A stretch of DNA of 64,000 nucleotides from an uncultured Campylobacter sp. (GTDB lineage Bacteria; Campylobacterota; Campylobacteria; Campylobacterales; Campylobacteraceae): contig CAURVK010000002.1 of assembly GCA_963528285.1 (NCBI GenBank), positions 2,326-66,325 on the forward strand, read 5' to 3'. The translations under genes and the position numbers were made by a program. The stretch's first letter is position 1. Every line of letters starts with the position of its first letter. The notes below the pieces were generated by a model. That model did no database searches. It had not been told where the DNA came from and worked only from the letters and a program-made list of their open reading frames with translations. Below, one piece after another: positions 41,998-51,490 of the stretch.

Positions 41998-42618
41998 TTA
42001 TTCCTGATTTACGTGATCCTCGAATATAAATTTATGCTCCTGAGGTAGCGACTCGTAAAGCTTTAGCGAGAGATTTCTGATCTCCCAAAGCGCTGATTTT
42101 GAGCTACGAAGCGAGAGGAAATTTTGCAAACTGCGCGCGTTTACGCTCCACGTTAGCTCGGTTTTGTAGCACTCTGGTAGGCAGTATTTGACGATGTCGA
42201 GGCTTTTTGTCGTGTTTGCGAGGATTTCGCGTAGGTTTTCCAGCGCTTTGATGCTTGCGTTATCGACCGTTTCGTCGCCCGTTAATACTATAAATCTCGC
42301 CGCTCGCTCAAAGTCGCCAAGCTCAAATTTGTCCTCTTTTTTTAGCTCTTTTAGGGTGTAGCGCGTTGATTTGACGCTGAGGCTTGCTACGCGGTGACGG
42401 GCTAGCTCTTGTAGCAGGGCGCGCGAGATGCCTTGGATATAGAAGTTGTATGAGAGGTGCTCGAGCGTGCTGGCGTGTTTAAATTTATTGCCGACGCGCT
42501 CGATGAGCTCGACGTCTTTTTCGCCGCCATTGTCGCCTTTTTCAAAGCTTTGCCAACACGTGCGGATAGCGTGCGAGCAGATGTTTAGCGGGGTGTAGTT
42601 TAGAAGCGTTACTTGCAT
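41998..42618 (-). CDS. thyX: FAD-dependent thymidylate synthase
   Basis: HASTLEH; RHRVASLSVKS (RHRx7S); NARSLQNFL. Confidence 0.95.
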   Translation of the reverse strand: MQVTLLNYTPLNICSHAIRTCWQSFEKGDNGGEKDVELIERVGNKFKHASTLEHLSYNFYIQGISRALLQELARHRVASLSVKSTRYTLKELKKEDKFELGDFERAARFIVLTGDETVDNASIKALENLREILANTTKSLDIVKYCLPECYKTELTWSVNARSLQNFLSLRSSKSALWEIRNLSLKLYESLPQEHKFIFEDHVNQE

Positions 42619-42701
42619 TTTTGACTCTTTTAGTTAAATTTAGCGGTAAATTTAGCTAAAAATCAATAAAAATTTGATTTTACCGAAATGGTTAAACGAA
42701 T

Positions 42702-42914
42702 TTACCCTTGTACGATTGCGATGTCGAGTTTTCTATTCATGCAGTCGGTTAAAAAAATATTGATGAGCGTTTGGTACGGTACGCCTTTTTTGTTTGCCAT
42801 ATTTTTAAAATATTCTATCGTGTCGGCATTTATATTTATCGAAATTTGCTTTTTTAACTGCTTGTCTACATACGGATTTTTTATCGCTTTTGAGAAGTCG
42901 TATTCTTTTTTCAT
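42702..42914 (-). CDS. brnA: BrnA-type (RHH) antitoxin
   Basis: MKKEYDFSKAIKNPY..KKQISINI..PYQTLIN; ATGA overlap with toxin stop. Confidence 0.85.
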   Translation of the reverse strand: MKKEYDFSKAIKNPYVDKQLKKQISININADTIEYFKNMANKKGVPYQTLINIFLTDCMNRKLDIAIVQG

Positions 42915-43189
42915 TTTCGCTCCTTGTATTGTTTGGCTTCGTTTTTCGTTGCTTTTCTTGAGGAGATTATTCTGATCGTATCGTTTTCGCGGTAACAATG
43001 TACGACGAGTAAAATTCTCTCCTTTTGACTCATGCCTAAAATTAAAAATCTTTCTTCATCGTTTGAATGATCTTTGTCAAAAAGCACTAACGCAAATTCG
43101 TCGGCAAATACGCTTTTAGCTTCTTCAAAATCAACCCCGTGCTTTGCGACATTTAGCCGTTCTTTGATCAAATTCCATTCGTAATTCAT
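42911..43189 (-). CDS. brnT: BrnT-type RNase toxin (DUF497)
   Basis: EWN..K...N.AKHGVDFEEA, EER, IRIISSRKA. Confidence 0.9.
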   Translation of the reverse strand: MNYEWNLIKERLNVAKHGVDFEEAKSVFADEFALVLFDKDHSNDEERFLILGMSQKERILLVVHCYRENDTIRIISSRKATKNEAKQYKERK

Positions 43190-43229
43190 AATGTGATTAT
43201 AATGATAGAATAATTATAAAAAGATAAAT

Positions 43230-43252
43230 TCGGCTCTCAAAAAGAGAGCCGA
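43230..43252 (-). terminator. Intrinsic terminator after flgE
   Basis: TCGGCTCTC-AAAAA-GAGAGCCGA. Confidence 0.7.
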
Positions 43253-43262
43253 TGAGGTAAAA

Positions 43263-45533
43263 TTATTTTAGTTGAAGCAGCGTGTTTAGCATTTCGTCGC
43301 TAGTCGTGATCGTTTTCGAGTTGGCTTGGAAGCCGCGCTGTACGACGATGAGCTGAGTTAGCGAGCGAGATAGATCAACGTTACTCATCTCGAGGCTTGA
43401 GGCTGAGATCTTACCGCGTCCGGCCGTCTGAGCTGCACCGATGATAGGATCGCCGGAGTTTGCCGTGCGTGAGAAGAGGTTTCCGCCTTCGCCGGCTAGG
43501 CCTTGATTGTTTGCAAATTTAGCTACGCCCACTTGCGCTAGTCCTAGGCTTCTGCCGTTCGTAAATGATCCTACTAGCGTTCCGCTTTGATCTATCCTGA
43601 TACCGTTTAGTTCGCCGCTAGCGTAGCCGTCTTGACTGATGTCTGCGGTGCTTGAGTTATTATCGGTGCTCGTTAGTCCGTCGGTGGTCTGCGTAGTACC
43701 GAATTTTAGCTCGATATTTTGACCGATAGCCGAGCCATTTTGCGCGCCGAAAGTGATACTGGCAGGACTATACGTCGCTAGCGAGCCGTCCGGGTTAAAT
43801 CTCACATAACCGGTTACTACGTTTCTAGGTTCTACGGTATTTATAGAGTTTGGCTCGGCTACTTGGATGACCATCGTCCACTCTGTTCCTCCGTTTTCTG
43901 TGTAGCCGCGTTTTATAAAATCCATTTTTACGTTATGTTTTGTGCCTAAGCTATCGTAAAGATCGGTACTTGAACTATGGGCAGCCATATTTAAGCTATC
44001 GGTTACCCTAGTTGCTCCGCCTGCGCTTAAAGATCCTGAAATAGGCGCCATAGATGCTGTAAATTTGACGTTTTCGGTTACGTTTTTAGTAGCGTTTGTT
44101 AAACCGGTTACGGCAATATTCATGTCTTTGGCGCCGGCAGCGCTAGGATTTTTAAATTGATATTGGCCGTGTTCGTTTACGATAACTTGTGCGCCGTTAT
44201 TTTGATTTGCTGCCGGTAATGGGTTAGTTCCGGTTACTGCTGGATTTTGCACATGATCATAGTTGGTAAATTCTCTTGCATCTCTTTGCATAGCTTCACG
44301 TAAATCCTCAGTAGTGGTTACTTCTCTTTCTTTTGTATCGTCGTAAGCATGCGTAGCAGATACGTGTGTTTTATTATATACGTATTGATACGCAGTTATA
44401 ATTTTTATATCGGTTAATCCTGTGTCATCTGCAGGAACTCCACCTGTATTTACGGTCATTTTTATATTTTTCATATTTGCCGTAGTGCCAAGATTATTTC
44501 TATTAGTTAGCACTAGTTTATTGCCGTTTACTACGCTAGCTTCTACGCCGGTTTCGCTATATTTACCGTTTATTATACCTGCTAATTGGCCGATAGTTAG
44601 TATATTTTCACCAGTTATATTTTTCCCATTTAGCGTTATATTGAGTTTTTTGCCAGGAGCAGCGAAAGACCCATCAGCTCCTACACCAGCTACGGTTAAT
44701 CCATCGGTTTTGGCGTCTGCATAGCTAGCCCATATACCTTGTCCGCCGGTTCCCTGAGCGTCTCTTAGGTTATATGCATCGCCGTTTCCGTTAAATAATA
44801 CTCCTAAATCGGCTCCGCGCTCCGTCATCCTTTGTTCGCCGTTTTTATTTACGTAGAATCTATTTGCACCGACGTTATTTTCGTCGTGCACTTCGCTACC
44901 GGCTATAGTTCCGTCGTTATCTAAATCTACGCCATTATGAAACTGGTCTAGTTTGTAGATAGGTATCTTTTTATTTCCTACGTCGTTACCGCTGTCTAAG
45001 TTTCCTTTTAGCGCTATGTTTGTCGTAGCGCGCGCAGGCACGGTTAGGCCGACTGGGATCTTTATATCGCCGATAGGTCTAGTTGGATCGATCTCTCCTG
45101 TTTCCTCGTCTCTCATCCAGCCTTGTACGATGTTACCGCCGTTATCGACAAAGTTACCTTCGCTATCTCTTGAAAAGTCGCCGTTTCTGGTGTAGTAGGT
45201 GGTTTTGCCGCCGTCGGAGCTCACCATGAAAAATCCGTCGCCTTGAAGCGCGATATCGGTTTGCTTGTCGGTGGTTTGCAGCGAGCCTTGCTTGAAAATC
45301 CTCGTAGTGGAGTTTATCTGCGTGCCGAGGCCAACTTCCATGTTATTTACGCCGCCGTGTTGATTTTGCGGTGCGGTGGCGATACGCGAAGTTTGGTAGA
45401 TAAGGTCGTCGAAATTTGCACGGTTGTATTTAAAACCGACTGTGTTGACGTTAGCGATGTTGTTACCCTCAACATCCATAGCGATCTGGTGAGCTTGTAG
45501 TCCCGTAACGCCCGACCAAAGTGATCTCATCAT
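43263..45533 (-). CDS. flgE: Flagellar hook protein (long epsilonproteobacterial form)
   Basis: GNNIANVNTVGFK, YTRNGDF, LEMSNVDL, QRGFQAN. Confidence 0.95.
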   Translation of the reverse strand: MMRSLWSGVTGLQAHQIAMDVEGNNIANVNTVGFKYNRANFDDLIYQTSRIATAPQNQHGGVNNMEVGLGTQINSTTRIFKQGSLQTTDKQTDIALQGDGFFMVSSDGGKTTYYTRNGDFSRDSEGNFVDNGGNIVQGWMRDEETGEIDPTRPIGDIKIPVGLTVPARATTNIALKGNLDSGNDVGNKKIPIYKLDQFHNGVDLDNDGTIAGSEVHDENNVGANRFYVNKNGEQRMTERGADLGVLFNGNGDAYNLRDAQGTGGQGIWASYADAKTDGLTVAGVGADGSFAAPGKKLNITLNGKNITGENILTIGQLAGIINGKYSETGVEASVVNGNKLVLTNRNNLGTTANMKNIKMTVNTGGVPADDTGLTDIKIITAYQYVYNKTHVSATHAYDDTKEREVTTTEDLREAMQRDAREFTNYDHVQNPAVTGTNPLPAANQNNGAQVIVNEHGQYQFKNPSAAGAKDMNIAVTGLTNATKNVTENVKFTASMAPISGSLSAGGATRVTDSLNMAAHSSSTDLYDSLGTKHNVKMDFIKRGYTENGGTEWTMVIQVAEPNSINTVEPRNVVTGYVRFNPDGSLATYSPASITFGAQNGSAIGQNIELKFGTTQTTDGLTSTDNNSSTADISQDGYASGELNGIRIDQSGTLVGSFTNGRSLGLAQVGVAKFANNQGLAGEGGNLFSRTANSGDPIIGAAQTAGRGKISASSLEMSNVDLSRSLTQLIVVQRGFQANSKTITTSDEMLNTLLQLK

Positions 45534-45572
45534 AGCTTTATCCTTTTTGAAAAGTGAATTTTAAGATGACTT

Positions 45573-45590
45573 AAGCAAAAGACGTTCCAA
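45573..45590 (-). promoter_or_regulatory. Sigma54 (-24/-12) promoter of flgE
   Basis: Minus strand TTGGAACGTCTTTTGCTT with GG-N10-GC spacing, about 40 nt upstream of ATG. Confidence 0.88.
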
Positions 45591-45750
45591 ATTTTAAATT
45601 TGATTTTAGTTTAGTATTTGTGAAGGTAGTAGCGAAAAAGAGTATATAAGCAAAGATTAATGGTTTTTAGAAATTTTAAGATGAGGGTCTCGGCAACTCA
45701 AATTTATAAATTTGACTTCAAATTTGAACGCAAAAAGCCAAGGCACCGTA

Positions 45751-45850
45751 TTTCTCCTTTAGACGAGGCGGAAATGAGCCGAGCGAGGGCGCATACAAGC
45801 AGTATGTAACCGAGCTTCGGCGAAATTTCTAACGAAGTATAAAGGAGAAA
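45751..45850. repeat. About 100-bp imperfect palindromic element (REP/MITE-like)
   Basis: Nested arms TTTCTCCTTTA/TAAAGGAGAAA, GAAAT/ATTTC, GCCGAGC/GCTTCGGC, CATAC/GTATG. Confidence 0.65.
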
Positions 45851-45865
45851 GACAAGCCGCCAAAT

Positions 45866-47206
45866 TTAGAGAATCATCGCGCCGATTACGCCGCCGATTA
45901 GTAGCGGTATATTAAAGAAGATGAACGTCGGCACGCACGTATCGTAGATGTGATTGTGCTGGCCGTCGGCATTTAGGCCGCTTGTTGGCCCTAGCGTGCT
46001 ATCGCTAGCGGGACTACCCGCATCGCCTAGAGCCGCCGCGATACCAACTAGCAATATAATGGTCGCCGGAGAAAATCCCAGCGATAGCGAAAACGGCACG
46101 TAAATCGCCGCGATGATCGGTATCGTGCCAAAGCTCGTGCCGATGCCCATGGTAACTAGCAAACCGATAGCTAGCATCAGTATCGCGCCGCCTATTTTGC
46201 CGCCCACCACCTCGCTAGCAAAGCCCACTAGCTGCTCGATACCGCCGCTCTCGCGCAAAACCGAGCCAAAGCCTGCGGCAACGAGCATGATAAATGCGAT
46301 AAAGCCCATCATCGCTAGGCCGCTGTCCATGATTTTGTCGATTTTACGGTACTCGATACCGCCCAAAACTATCATGACTAAAAGCCCAAGAAGCGCGCCA
46401 AGAGGCATGCTTTCGGTATAAATTTGCACTCCAAAGGCTACTACCGCGCCGCCTAGCACCGCCCACTCTTTTTTCGTCATTTTTAGACTTGCGGCCATCT
46501 GCGCCTCTTGCTCCTCGCTCGTTTCAAATTTGGTATGCGCGTAGTCGCGTCTTTTGTGGTAAAAGACGAAAACCGCTAAAAGCAAACCCACTAGCATAGA
46601 AAGGCCGCCGATCCACATCACGCTTGAGATCTCGCTCATCTGCACTTCTACGCCGTTGTTTGCGAGCTCTTTTTGTATGATACCGTGAAAGATAAGGCCA
46701 AAACCGACGCTAAGGCTAACGTAAGGCGCCTTTAGTCCAAAAGTTAGCGCGCACGCCACGGCTCGGCGGTCGATGCCTAGGCGGTTCATCAGCGGCAAAA
46801 GCGGCGGGATGAGAATCGGGATAAAAGCGATATGCACGGGAATTAAATTTTGCGACAAGCACGCGATCGCGGCGATTATCAAAGCAAAATAGGTGCTGGT
46901 TTTTGTTAGAGCCTTGCTAACGGCATTTATGAGGATCGCCGTTAGGTTTGTGTTAGCTATCGCGGCTGCAAGAGCGCCGAGCAGGATATAGCTGAGCGAG
47001 GTTTCTAGGTTGCCCTTCATGCCCGTTATCAGCGTAGAAGTGGTAGCCGTTAGAGCGTCAAAAAACGCCCCTACGCCAGCAAATCCGCCATGATAGATGA
47101 GACCCGCGACTAAGGCGGAGACGAGGATAGAAAGTAGGATGTTAAACCTTAGCAAACAAAGCGCGGTCATCACGACGATGCTGATAACGACGGGATTGGT
47201 TAGCAT
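45866..47206 (-). CDS. Na+/H+ antiporter-family (YuiF-like) permease
   Basis: NLIPVHIAFIP, TMGIGTSFGT, GDAGSPASDSTLGPT. Confidence 0.85.
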   Translation of the reverse strand: MLTNPVVISIVVMTALCLLRFNILLSILVSALVAGLIYHGGFAGVGAFFDALTATTSTLITGMKGNLETSLSYILLGALAAAIANTNLTAILINAVSKALTKTSTYFALIIAAIACLSQNLIPVHIAFIPILIPPLLPLMNRLGIDRRAVACALTFGLKAPYVSLSVGFGLIFHGIIQKELANNGVEVQMSEISSVMWIGGLSMLVGLLLAVFVFYHKRRDYAHTKFETSEEQEAQMAASLKMTKKEWAVLGGAVVAFGVQIYTESMPLGALLGLLVMIVLGGIEYRKIDKIMDSGLAMMGFIAFIMLVAAGFGSVLRESGGIEQLVGFASEVVGGKIGGAILMLAIGLLVTMGIGTSFGTIPIIAAIYVPFSLSLGFSPATIILLVGIAAALGDAGSPASDSTLGPTSGLNADGQHNHIYDTCVPTFIFFNIPLLIGGVIGAMIL

Positions 47207-47290
47207 TATTTTCCTTTTTATAAATAAAATTCGTAAATCAAATTTCGCCGCAGATCAAATTTGATGACTAGCGGCGAACGGGCGTCAAAT

Positions 47291-47686
47291 TTATCTAACG
47301 CGGATGCCCACTTGTGGGCGAGGCGAATAGTAATAATCGTCGCGTCTATCGCGGTATCCGTCATCGTATCCGTCGTCATAGCCTCTCTCGTAGCTTCGGT
47401 CGTCGGATTTGTTCGAACCGCCTTTTTTTATGTTATTGTTTTTTATGTACTGATCGACCAGTTTGTCGCGGTAGTCTCTGCCTCGGTCGGTTTGTCTGTA
47501 ACCGCCGTATGGAGGGTCCATATATATCACTACATCGTCGTCGTATCTATCTCGGTGGCGGCGTTTTTTGTATTTGTAGCTGTCATCAGGGATTATTATT
47601 AAAGATTCGTTTGAATAACGGTCGTAAGCGTTTGCCAAATTTAAACAAAGCGCTAAAAAAATAGCGATTAAAACAAGTTTTTTCAT
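47291..47686 (-). CDS. Secreted low-complexity Tyr/Asp/Arg-rich hypothetical protein
   Basis: Signal peptide; GYDDGYDDGYRD repeat; AAGGA RBS. Confidence 0.7.
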   Translation of the reverse strand: MKKLVLIAIFLALCLNLANAYDRYSNESLIIIPDDSYKYKKRRHRDRYDDDVVIYMDPPYGGYRQTDRGRDYRDKLVDQYIKNNNIKKGGSNKSDDRSYERGYDDGYDDGYRDRRDDYYYSPRPQVGIRVR

Positions 47687-47798
47687 GTCAAATCCTTTCT
47701 GGTTATTTCTAAATCATTTTATAACATCAAATTTAAAATAAAGTAAATTTTTAGCGCAAATATATTACAATTTTGTAAATTTATCTAAGGAGTTATAA

Positions 47799-48617
47799 AT
47801 GAAAAAATCGTTTTTTAACGCATCGAAGATTGCGACTTTGGCTTTGCCTTTTCTTTTGACGGGTTGTATGTCGTCGATGAGTATGGGATCGCCTGGGGCT
47901 AAAACGACGGCTACTGGCTCAGCTGCGGGTTCAAGCGCGCACAATACTAACTCTGGACTAACCAGATGTACCGAGTCTATGGGTACGGTTACGATTTATG
48001 AGGATAGAAATAGCGACTGGTACTCCGTCGTAACCGGGCAGTACAAACTAACATCTACTATCCCGGTTCTTAGGCTCCTAGCTCAGCAGTCAAACTGCTT
48101 CGTAGTCGTCGAGCGTAGCAAGGCATTTAACCAAATGTTAGAAGAGCGCGCGTTGATGGAGTCGGGCGAGCTTAGAAAGAACTCAAATTTCAAAAAAGGT
48201 CAGATGGTCGCCGCGGACTATACCTTAACTCCTACGATAACATTTAGCGAGAGCAATACTAGCGGACTAGGTGGCGTTGTCGGCGCATTTTTCGGCTCGG
48301 TTGCAGGTACCGTAGCCGGCGGGTTTAGCACGAGCGACGTAAGTACTGTTCTAACGCTAATCGAAAACCGATCGGGCGTACAGTTAGCGGCAGCCGAGGG
48401 AAGCGCTAGAAACACGGACTTTGCAGGACTTGGAGGCTTATTTGGTAGTAAGGTAGGCGGAGGACTTGGGGCCTATGCTAATACGCCTGAAGGTAAAGTC
48501 ATAGTAGCAGCCTTCACCGACTCGATGAATAACCTAATAGAAGCCGTCAGAAACTACAAAATGCAAACCGTAAAAGGCGGTTTGGGCGCGGGCGGCGCGA
48601 TGAAAGTAGCGGATTGA
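47799..48617 (+). CDS. CsgG/HfaB-family lipoprotein
   Basis: Lipobox LLTGC; QQSNCFVVVERS, ADY motifs; Gly-rich segments. Confidence 0.8.
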   Translation: MKKSFFNASKIATLALPFLLTGCMSSMSMGSPGAKTTATGSAAGSSAHNTNSGLTRCTESMGTVTIYEDRNSDWYSVVTGQYKLTSTIPVLRLLAQQSNCFVVVERSKAFNQMLEERALMESGELRKNSNFKKGQMVAADYTLTPTITFSESNTSGLGGVVGAFFGSVAGTVAGGFSTSDVSTVLTLIENRSGVQLAAAEGSARNTDFAGLGGLFGSKVGGGLGAYANTPEGKVIVAAFTDSMNNLIEAVRNYKMQTVKGGLGAGGAMKVAD

Positions 48618-48631
48618 TTTTATCTTCGTTA

Positions 48632-48664
48632 GGCTAGAGTGACCAGAATCGCTCTAGCCTTTTA
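48632..48664 (+). terminator. Intrinsic terminator
   Basis: GGCTAGAGTGA-loop-TCGCTCTAGCC followed by TTTTT. Confidence 0.75.
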
Positions 48665-48884
48665 TAAGCGCAAAGCAATCTCTGCATTGAGCTTAAATTT
48701 GAGCTTTCGGGCTCAAATTTACATATTTTTCTACGTCAAATTTGGGTTTCCTATTTCAAAAACCTGTGTTAAATTTACTTTAAATTCTAGTTCGAAAAAT
48801 TATAGCGGTGAGTAAAAATTACTCAAATTTGATCTAGCCATAAACCAAAAACTCAAATTTACGCTCGCTAGCAAATATTAAATT

Positions 48885-49922
48885 TTACTTCGCGTGTAGC
48901 TCTTTTGCGTATTTTGACTTTTCGAGATTTTCGATTAGCTTTTGCGTGCGCATGTCCCTAGCCTCGGGCACTAGATGAAACCACGTGTCGTGCAGAAATT
49001 TACGCGGAAAATAGCTATCTTTATAATCGCCGATCATCTCAAAGCCGTTATCTTCGATGAGCTTTTTTACGTCTTTTAGAAATTTTTGATTATCTGCGGC
49101 GTGCGGGTAGTTTAGGTCGTAGCAGTCGTCGCCTGCGACGGCCGGGTAGGTAAAGATAAATTTGATCCCCTTTTCGCGCTCGAGTTTTTTCATAAAATTT
49201 AAATTTTCTTTGAAAATATCGCTTATACCGATTTTGCTACCCGAAAAATCGGTGAAAAATATGTATTTTTGGCACGGCATCTGCGTGTCTTTGGCTTCTT
49301 CTACTTTGCCGATGTATTTATAATCGCCGCGTTCGCCGTTTCTAAAATCCGGCGAAAAATCGTGCACGGCTTGAGGCTTTTTGTTGATAAAGTTATCGAA
49401 ATTTATCTCAAATGCCGCTATTTCTTTATAGTCTCTTATTAGCGCGTTTATAAATGCTTGAAACGGGATTTGCGATATAGTTTTTAGCTTTTCAAAAAAC
49501 GGTAAATAGTCGTAAAAATGGTGAATCTCAAAAAAAAGTCCGTAGTAATAAGTATCGGGCGGAACATCGTTGATGTAGTACCTGTACTCCAAAGGTAGGA
49601 TAAAAATATCTCCTTTATGCGCTAGCTTGGCCGCTCGGTAGAGTCTGTGGCGTAGCGGATAGCCGCCGTGATCGGCTAAATTTATAACCAGCTTGCCAAA
49701 GTGATTTTCAAGCATCTGGGAGTTGATACCGTGATAGGAGTTTGAGCCGCTTTCGACGATGATACGGTTTTGTTCGGTTGTGTTTGAGATGAGGTAGTTT
49801 TTATACGCGTAGTGATGAGCCGACGAAACCCTGATGAGAAACATCGCAAACGCCATATAAAACGCGATCATAACTAGCGTCAAAATAGGAAGCGTCAAAA
49901 GAAAAATTTTATATTTTTTCAA
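48885..49922 (-). CDS. Membrane-anchored SGNH-like protein (AlgJ/DltD/PatB-like partner)
   Basis: N-terminal TM; ESGSNS block; DTWFH (DxxxH-like) near C-terminus; follows MBOAT gene. Confidence 0.65.
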   Translation of the reverse strand: MKKYKIFLLTLPILTLVMIAFYMAFAMFLIRVSSAHHYAYKNYLISNTTEQNRIIVESGSNSYHGINSQMLENHFGKLVINLADHGGYPLRHRLYRAAKLAHKGDIFILPLEYRYYINDVPPDTYYYGLFFEIHHFYDYLPFFEKLKTISQIPFQAFINALIRDYKEIAAFEINFDNFINKKPQAVHDFSPDFRNGERGDYKYIGKVEEAKDTQMPCQKYIFFTDFSGSKIGISDIFKENLNFMKKLEREKGIKFIFTYPAVAGDDCYDLNYPHAADNQKFLKDVKKLIEDNGFEMIGDYKDSYFPRKFLHDTWFHLVPEARDMRTQKLIENLEKSKYAKELHAK

Positions 49923-49930
49923 ATTTAATC

Positions 49931-51382
49931 CTAAAAGTTAAAGTATAAAAACGGTGACTCCTGCGCACCGGAGCTAAAAGCAAAAACCAAAGCCAACAAA
50001 AACGCCGTAAAAAGTGCGGTAAGAAAGCCAAATTTTGCTCTAGCGGCCATTTCATTCGAGTTTCGTCCAAAAATCGTAACCAAAAGCGTAATACCCATAA
50101 TAGCGCAGAACGTACCCATGGCTATTTGCGGTGTTTCCATAAAATTTATTTGATTGTATCCCAGAGAGTTGCTTATGTACTCTAAGTAGTTAAAATTTAT
50201 CTTAACCGAGCTAAAATCAAACATGCCTTTTAGCACTTTCATCGCGCTATCTAGGTCTCTGGCGCGGAAAAATATCCAAGTGATATTTATAAAGTTAAAC
50301 GTTATAAACCAGGCTAGAAATTTATTCATCGGGCGAAAATGCGCGCCATAAAATCTACAAACCATCATCGCTAGTCCGTGCAGCGCGCCCCAGATGATAA
50401 ACATCCAACCTGCTCCGTGCCAAAGTCCGCCTAGCAAAAATACTACAAAAATGTTGGCGTAAGTGCGGTATTCGCCTCTGCGGTTGCCGCCTAGCGGGAT
50501 ATAGATGTAGTCGCGCAAAAATCTCGAAAGCGTCATATGCCATCTGTGCCAAAAGTCTTGGATATTTAGCGCTTTGTAGGGGGAGTTGAAATTTAACGGC
50601 AAGATAATGTTAAACATATATGAAATGCCGATCGCCATATCGGTGTAACCGCTAAAGTCAAAATATAGCTGAAAAGTGTAGCTAAGGCTCGTGATCCATG
50701 CCTCGCTCATGCTAAGAGTCGTATACACGTCAAAACCATGAAGGGCAAATCTAGCGAAAAAATCCGCAACTACGACCTTTTTAAAAAGCCCGATCGAAAA
50801 TAAAAAAAGTCCGATGCTTAAATTTTTATAGTTTATGCGCTTTAAACGTAAATTTGCAAACTGCGGCATCATCTCGGCGTGGTGGATGATAGGACCGGCT
50901 AAAAGATGCGGAAAATACGTCACGAAAAGAGCGTAGCGAAGGAAGCTGGGCTCTTTTACTTTTTCGTGATAACAGTCTACTAGAAATGCTATTTGCGTAA
51001 ATGTAAAAAAGCTGATGCCAAGAGGTAAAATAACGTGGTGGAGCGGTACGTCGGAGCCGAAAATTCCGTTAAAATTTTCTATCAAAAAGTCGGTGTATTT
51101 ATAGTAGGCCAATAGGGCTAAATTTGCCGCGACGCCCGCCCATAAAATAAGTTTTTTGCGAGATGGGTGAGCACAGAGCAGATGACCGACGTAGAAGTTA
51201 AACGTAATCGAACCTAAAATAAGCGGGATATAAATAAAATTCCAATATCCATAAAAAAATAGCGAAGCGGCCGTGAGCCAAAGAATACTGAGTTGAACGA
51301 ATTTGAGTTTATTTAAAACAAAATAAACTCCAAAAGTAATCGGTAAGAAAAAAACTATAAACGCAAATGAGTTAAAAAGCAT
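49931..51382 (-). CDS. MBOAT O-acyltransferase (AlgI/PatA/DltB family)
   Basis: LPLGISFFTF, YFDFSGYTD, FWHRWHMTLS, GLWHGA, FLYFNF. Confidence 0.93.
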   Translation of the reverse strand: MLFNSFAFIVFFLPITFGVYFVLNKLKFVQLSILWLTAASLFFYGYWNFIYIPLILGSITFNFYVGHLLCAHPSRKKLILWAGVAANLALLAYYKYTDFLIENFNGIFGSDVPLHHVILPLGISFFTFTQIAFLVDCYHEKVKEPSFLRYALFVTYFPHLLAGPIIHHAEMMPQFANLRLKRINYKNLSIGLFLFSIGLFKKVVVADFFARFALHGFDVYTTLSMSEAWITSLSYTFQLYFDFSGYTDMAIGISYMFNIILPLNFNSPYKALNIQDFWHRWHMTLSRFLRDYIYIPLGGNRRGEYRTYANIFVVFLLGGLWHGAGWMFIIWGALHGLAMMVCRFYGAHFRPMNKFLAWFITFNFINITWIFFRARDLDSAMKVLKGMFDFSSVKINFNYLEYISNSLGYNQINFMETPQIAMGTFCAIMGITLLVTIFGRNSNEMAARAKFGFLTALFTAFLLALVFAFSSGAQESPFLYFNF

Positions 51383-51490
51383 TTTTACCCTTATTTTAAA
51401 AGAGTTTAAATATACTCAAATTTGATTTAAATTAAGCTTTTTAAAGCTAAATTCGATAAAATCGCCCAAATTCCACTAAAAGGATCAAAT

